Positions 60,799-64,000 of a stretch of DNA of 64,000 bases are shown here, in pieces. The stretch comes from Sporopachydermia quercuum (taxonomy: Eukaryota), in assembly GCA_001599295.1 (NCBI GenBank), contig BCGN01000004.1:624138-688137 (forward strand). The letters run 5' to 3'. The position numbers were made by a program, and so were the translations under genes. Each line of letters begins with the position of its first letter. The first letter of the stretch is position 1. The notes beneath the pieces were generated by a model. That model worked only from the letters and a program-made list of their open reading frames with translations, was not told the DNA's origin and did not search any database.

Positions 60799-62958
60799 AT
60801 GTCAGAACATGGGAGTCATAGTCGGGAAGACTACAATTCGTTTACAAACGATGATGTTACCAATGGCAATGTTGATGATTTAGAAGTGTCAGTTGACATT
60901 GTTNTTGGGGATGCGACAAACAATGGTAATAAAGACCTACTTGAGCCAGATAATGGCAATGTCCAAGTTGATACTCGTCTGTTAGAACGTGATGCATTAG
61001 CAGAGGCTCAAGCAGCTTCCGAAAATGAAGAATCAAATGATGATTTGCAAGCACCTGATCACGAAAATGATAACCAACCTATAAAAATGTTTACCATTCA
61101 TGATCCCAGTACTGGCAGACTGGCATCATTACGATTTTATGTTGATCCTTCGATTCCTAATTCTGCTAGTATAATTGAATTAGTTGTTTCAAATGGTGGT
61201 GACTTATCGACTCCTGGTAATGATACAATTAATTTAGTTCATCGTAGCTATAAACAACCCGTTGTCAGAAGGCCATATCCAACATATGATGTACAATATA
61301 TTTATGATTGTTTACACGAAGGTATCTTGAAAGATGTGTCTACATACTTGGTACATGTTGGAGAAACAGAGGAATTTGATGATGCTATTACTTTAGCTAG
61401 AGAAGCCGCATCTGCTGGTGGTCAAGTATTGGATCATGTCAGTTTATCGGAAAATAGTAATGGCAATGGTAACACAGGAGCTAATTCAGTCAGACATGTT
61501 ACTACCAATCAACTAGGAATGAATAGTACTGATCAAGAAATCAGTAAACCAAAAAAGAAAGAAAAGAATTCTTTTACTGTTCATGAAGACGAATTAATTC
61601 TTCATTGGGTAAGAAAAATGCCTCATAAGCGTTATTCACATGCGTTTTATAAAGAACTCTCTGGTCAAGTCCCAAGACATACACCCCAATCAATTCGTGA
61701 TAGATATAGAAAGTTTCTTGATAAAAGGCTTGATTATGTGTATGTGCCAATCCCTGATTCTCGTTTGAGTTTGAGTGATGATGAAGCTTTTCTGAAAAAT
61801 GAAGATGGTAGTTTTGCTCGCCAGGAAAAACCAACTGAAACGCTGAAAAGAAAATTCACGGAACAAGATGATTATGATTTAGCGTTGTATGTTAATGCTC
61901 ATCCTAGTTCACCCCGTTCGCAAAACTTTTTCAACAACTATGCCAAAACGAATGCAAGACATCCTGGTGATTCATATCGTGATAGATTCAGAAAACATTT
62001 AAGCCGTCGAACAATTGAAAGAGTGATAAGAGATTATGAAGAGAAATATAGTCTACCCCTAACGGAGATCCATCCACCAACAGTTGTTCCAGCTAGAAGA
62101 AGAGGTTCATATCCTCCCAAGCATGAAAATACTGAATCCATAACACCACAACAAGTTACCACCGTTCAACAAGATCAGCAGAATGACCAGCAATTACAAG
62201 CATTACAACATATCGGTGACGAAGAACTACGACAGTTTGAAGAACGTGCAAAGAGATCAGTTAATGAGTTGAGTGTTGATGAATTTGATCCTGATATAGC
62301 CCAAAGTGCAGTGGAACAAGTCACTAAGGTTGATGTCGATGATAAACGATCACAATTTGATCCTGCTTTAACTGATTTTGCAACGGATGAAGACAAATAT
62401 GCGCCAGCAGTCAAAAGGGTTCGTAAGTCTAGTAAAAGAAAAGAACGTGAATATGCTGAAGAACAGGCCAAAGCTGCAGAAGAAGCTGCTGCTGCCGTTG
62501 TTGCTGCTGCTGCATTGTCAGACGTCGATCTTGTCGGAGCAACAAATACTATTTCTGATGAATTGTTGAATATGGATGCCATCGAATCTGCTTCTCATGG
62601 TATTCATTTTACTCCCTATACTCCACCAGTCAATTTCTATGAATCATTAAGACATTATGTCACGGAATCTAAGCGAAATAATGACATTAGTATTCTTTAT
62701 GAAGGCATGACAAAAGGTTTAGGAATGCCAGAAGATTTATATGAAAATCTCTTCAACAGAATTATTGGTGGTATTCATTTATTTGAACAACTCTGTCACT
62801 CCTTTTTCGAGAAAGGTGAGTATCCCACTGATGTTCCTGGTTTATGGTCTTTGGAAGATGATCGATTACTTGAAGAAGGTGCTAATGATGATATACTCAT
62901 GAGAAAACATGGAGAAGCAAGAGTTGAAGCTAGGAAGAATTATCTGGGAATAAAATAG
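60799..62958 (+). CDS. RAP1: Telomere/transcription factor Rap1 (BRCT, two Myb domains, RCT)
   Basis: BRCT-like LRFYVD...NGG...YIYDC; Myb1 KNSFTVHEDELIL...HTPQSIRDRYRKFL; Myb2 KRKFTEQDDYDL...SYRDRFRKH; RCT PGLWSLEDD...KHGEARVEARKNYL. Confidence 0.93.
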   Translation: MSEHGSHSREDYNSFTNDDVTNGNVDDLEVSVDIVXGDATNNGNKDLLEPDNGNVQVDTRLLERDALAEAQAASENEESNDDLQAPDHENDNQPIKMFTIHDPSTGRLASLRFYVDPSIPNSASIIELVVSNGGDLSTPGNDTINLVHRSYKQPVVRRPYPTYDVQYIYDCLHEGILKDVSTYLVHVGETEEFDDAITLAREAASAGGQVLDHVSLSENSNGNGNTGANSVRHVTTNQLGMNSTDQEISKPKKKEKNSFTVHEDELILHWVRKMPHKRYSHAFYKELSGQVPRHTPQSIRDRYRKFLDKRLDYVYVPIPDSRLSLSDDEAFLKNEDGSFARQEKPTETLKRKFTEQDDYDLALYVNAHPSSPRSQNFFNNYAKTNARHPGDSYRDRFRKHLSRRTIERVIRDYEEKYSLPLTEIHPPTVVPARRRGSYPPKHENTESITPQQVTTVQQDQQNDQQLQALQHIGDEELRQFEERAKRSVNELSVDEFDPDIAQSAVEQVTKVDVDDKRSQFDPALTDFATDEDKYAPAVKRVRKSSKRKEREYAEEQAKAAEEAAAAVVAAAALSDVDLVGATNTISDELLNMDAIESASHGIHFTPYTPPVNFYESLRHYVTESKRNNDISILYEGMTKGLGMPEDLYENLFNRIIGGIHLFEQLCHSFFEKGEYPTDVPGLWSLEDDRLLEEGANDDILMRKHGEARVEARKNYLGIK

Positions 62959-63153
62959 TCATGAGAAAGAATAGTGACAAAAGAAAGTAAAGTAAGAGAG
63001 ACATAAATTGCACCTTCAATGAATCTATGATGATTTTAAGTACAATAATTTTGTATATTTTTATTATTCTTATGAAACCCGTTGTATATTAATCTGAACT
63101 ACATTAGATGAGATCGAACAACACGACTTATTTACTGTAAACAAACATTCTAT

Positions 63154-64000
63154 TCAAATCGTAGCAACTCCTTCTTCTCTAGGTTCTTCTTTGACAATAA
63201 TATCCTCCTTGCTTAGAAGCTGCCGTAATTCAGGTTCAACATGAATGTACGTGTTTTTAGATGATGATGCTGACGCTGATAATTTATTATTAGTACTAGC
63301 AGTATCTTTTTCCTTCTTATTGCTTTCATCGTCGTTAGCACTACTGTCAGCTTTGCTTTTACCTTTATCATCATCTTTTGGAACTTCAGCTTCATTGGCA
63401 CTCTCAGTACGTTTATTTTCGTCGTCTGTTGGATTTTCTCCAGTATATCCATTTTGCAAGTTTGATTGATCAATTAATAGAATCCTGTTCCTGAATTTCA
63501 AAAACAAGTACTCTGCTCTTATCAAAATATCTTCTAATTCAATTTGGCCACTAAGATCATTCATATACTTGAGTACTTCATCAAATCTAGTCAGATTCTC
63601 CATGATGATTCTTTTATGTTTATGAAGAATAGCCAGAGCAACAAATAAGTGAAACTGAGAAGAATAGTAATTTGTCCATAGAACTTCCCACAGTCTGCAG
63701 GTATCCTTCCAATCAAATTCTCGCTTGAACCACACAAGAATCATTCTGAAAAAGAAGAATAAGTTTGCTGAGTCTGTTTTCAACAAATGCTCATATAAGT
63801 CAGGTAACATAAAATTCGTCAAATGAGAAAGACATAATAATTGATCTTTCATACCTGATTGAGACCTTAGGAACCCTCTTTCCGTCTTTTCCATGAATTT
63901 GGTAAAAGCAGCAAATGATAAGTGCTCAGATCGATCTAAAGTTATATATAAAGGAGATAACAAATCTGACATTCCTTGAACGTATCCTAGATTTATATCG
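63154..64000 (-). CDS. GYP7: TBC-domain Rab-GAP Gyp7 (5' part lies outside the window)
   Basis: DINLGYVQGMSDLLSPLY, FFFFRMILVWFKREF and RFDEVLKYMNDLS motifs. The frame is open to the window edge. Confidence 0.9.
   Translation of the reverse strand, partial: DINLGYVQGMSDLLSPLYITLDRSEHLSFAAFTKFMEKTERGFLRSQSGMKDQLLCLSHLTNFMLPDLYEHLLKTDSANLFFFFRMILVWFKREFDWKDTCRLWEVLWTNYYSSQFHLFVALAILHKHKRIIMENLTRFDEVLKYMNDLSGQIELEDILIRAEYLFLKFRNRILLIDQSNLQNGYTGENPTDDENKRTESANEAEVPKDDDKGKSKADSSANDDESNKKEKDTASTNNKLSASASSSKNTYIHVEPELRQLLSKEDIIVKEEPREEGVATI

Overview
AT-rich budding-yeast (Saccharomycotina) genomic DNA from an intron-rich species that retains complex I. It uses the standard code: CTG sits at conserved Leu positions, e.g. 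in Ade12. I can support 23 protein-coding genes, 10 of them spliced, with 17 introns reconstructed by hand. Several genes are missed or fragmented by the ORF track: a 4-exon dynein light chain, a 4-exon NPL3/SR gene, SRC1/HEH, a small mitochondrial protein, RPN9, POP1, ADE12, NDUFA13, PHO13 and MGS1. Gene order from POP1 to GYP7 matches the interleaved S. cerevisiae YNL221C-YNL216W and YDL236W-YDL234C blocks, and DYN2 to BNA7 matches the YDR424C-YDR432W neighbourhood. Most interesting signals: (1) an Npl3 orthologue with true RS domains whose 718-nt first intron has weak splice sites and a candidate poison exon; (2) a SRC1 intron with a possible overlapping GC donor opening a dual-coded short isoform; (3) a decayed Merlin/IS1595-like transposase relic in a 4.9-kb gene-free gap; (4) a 489-codon Tc1/Tc3-HTH-like frame broken by two in-frame stops, inserted in the conserved block; (5) three TTACACCC Rap1/telomere-like motifs in the RAP1 promoter; (6) a perfect Ppr1/UaY-type TTCGG-N6-CCGAA site upstream of ADE12. 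No tRNA, rRNA or CRISPR array was recognised. All family calls are by eye; no searches were run.
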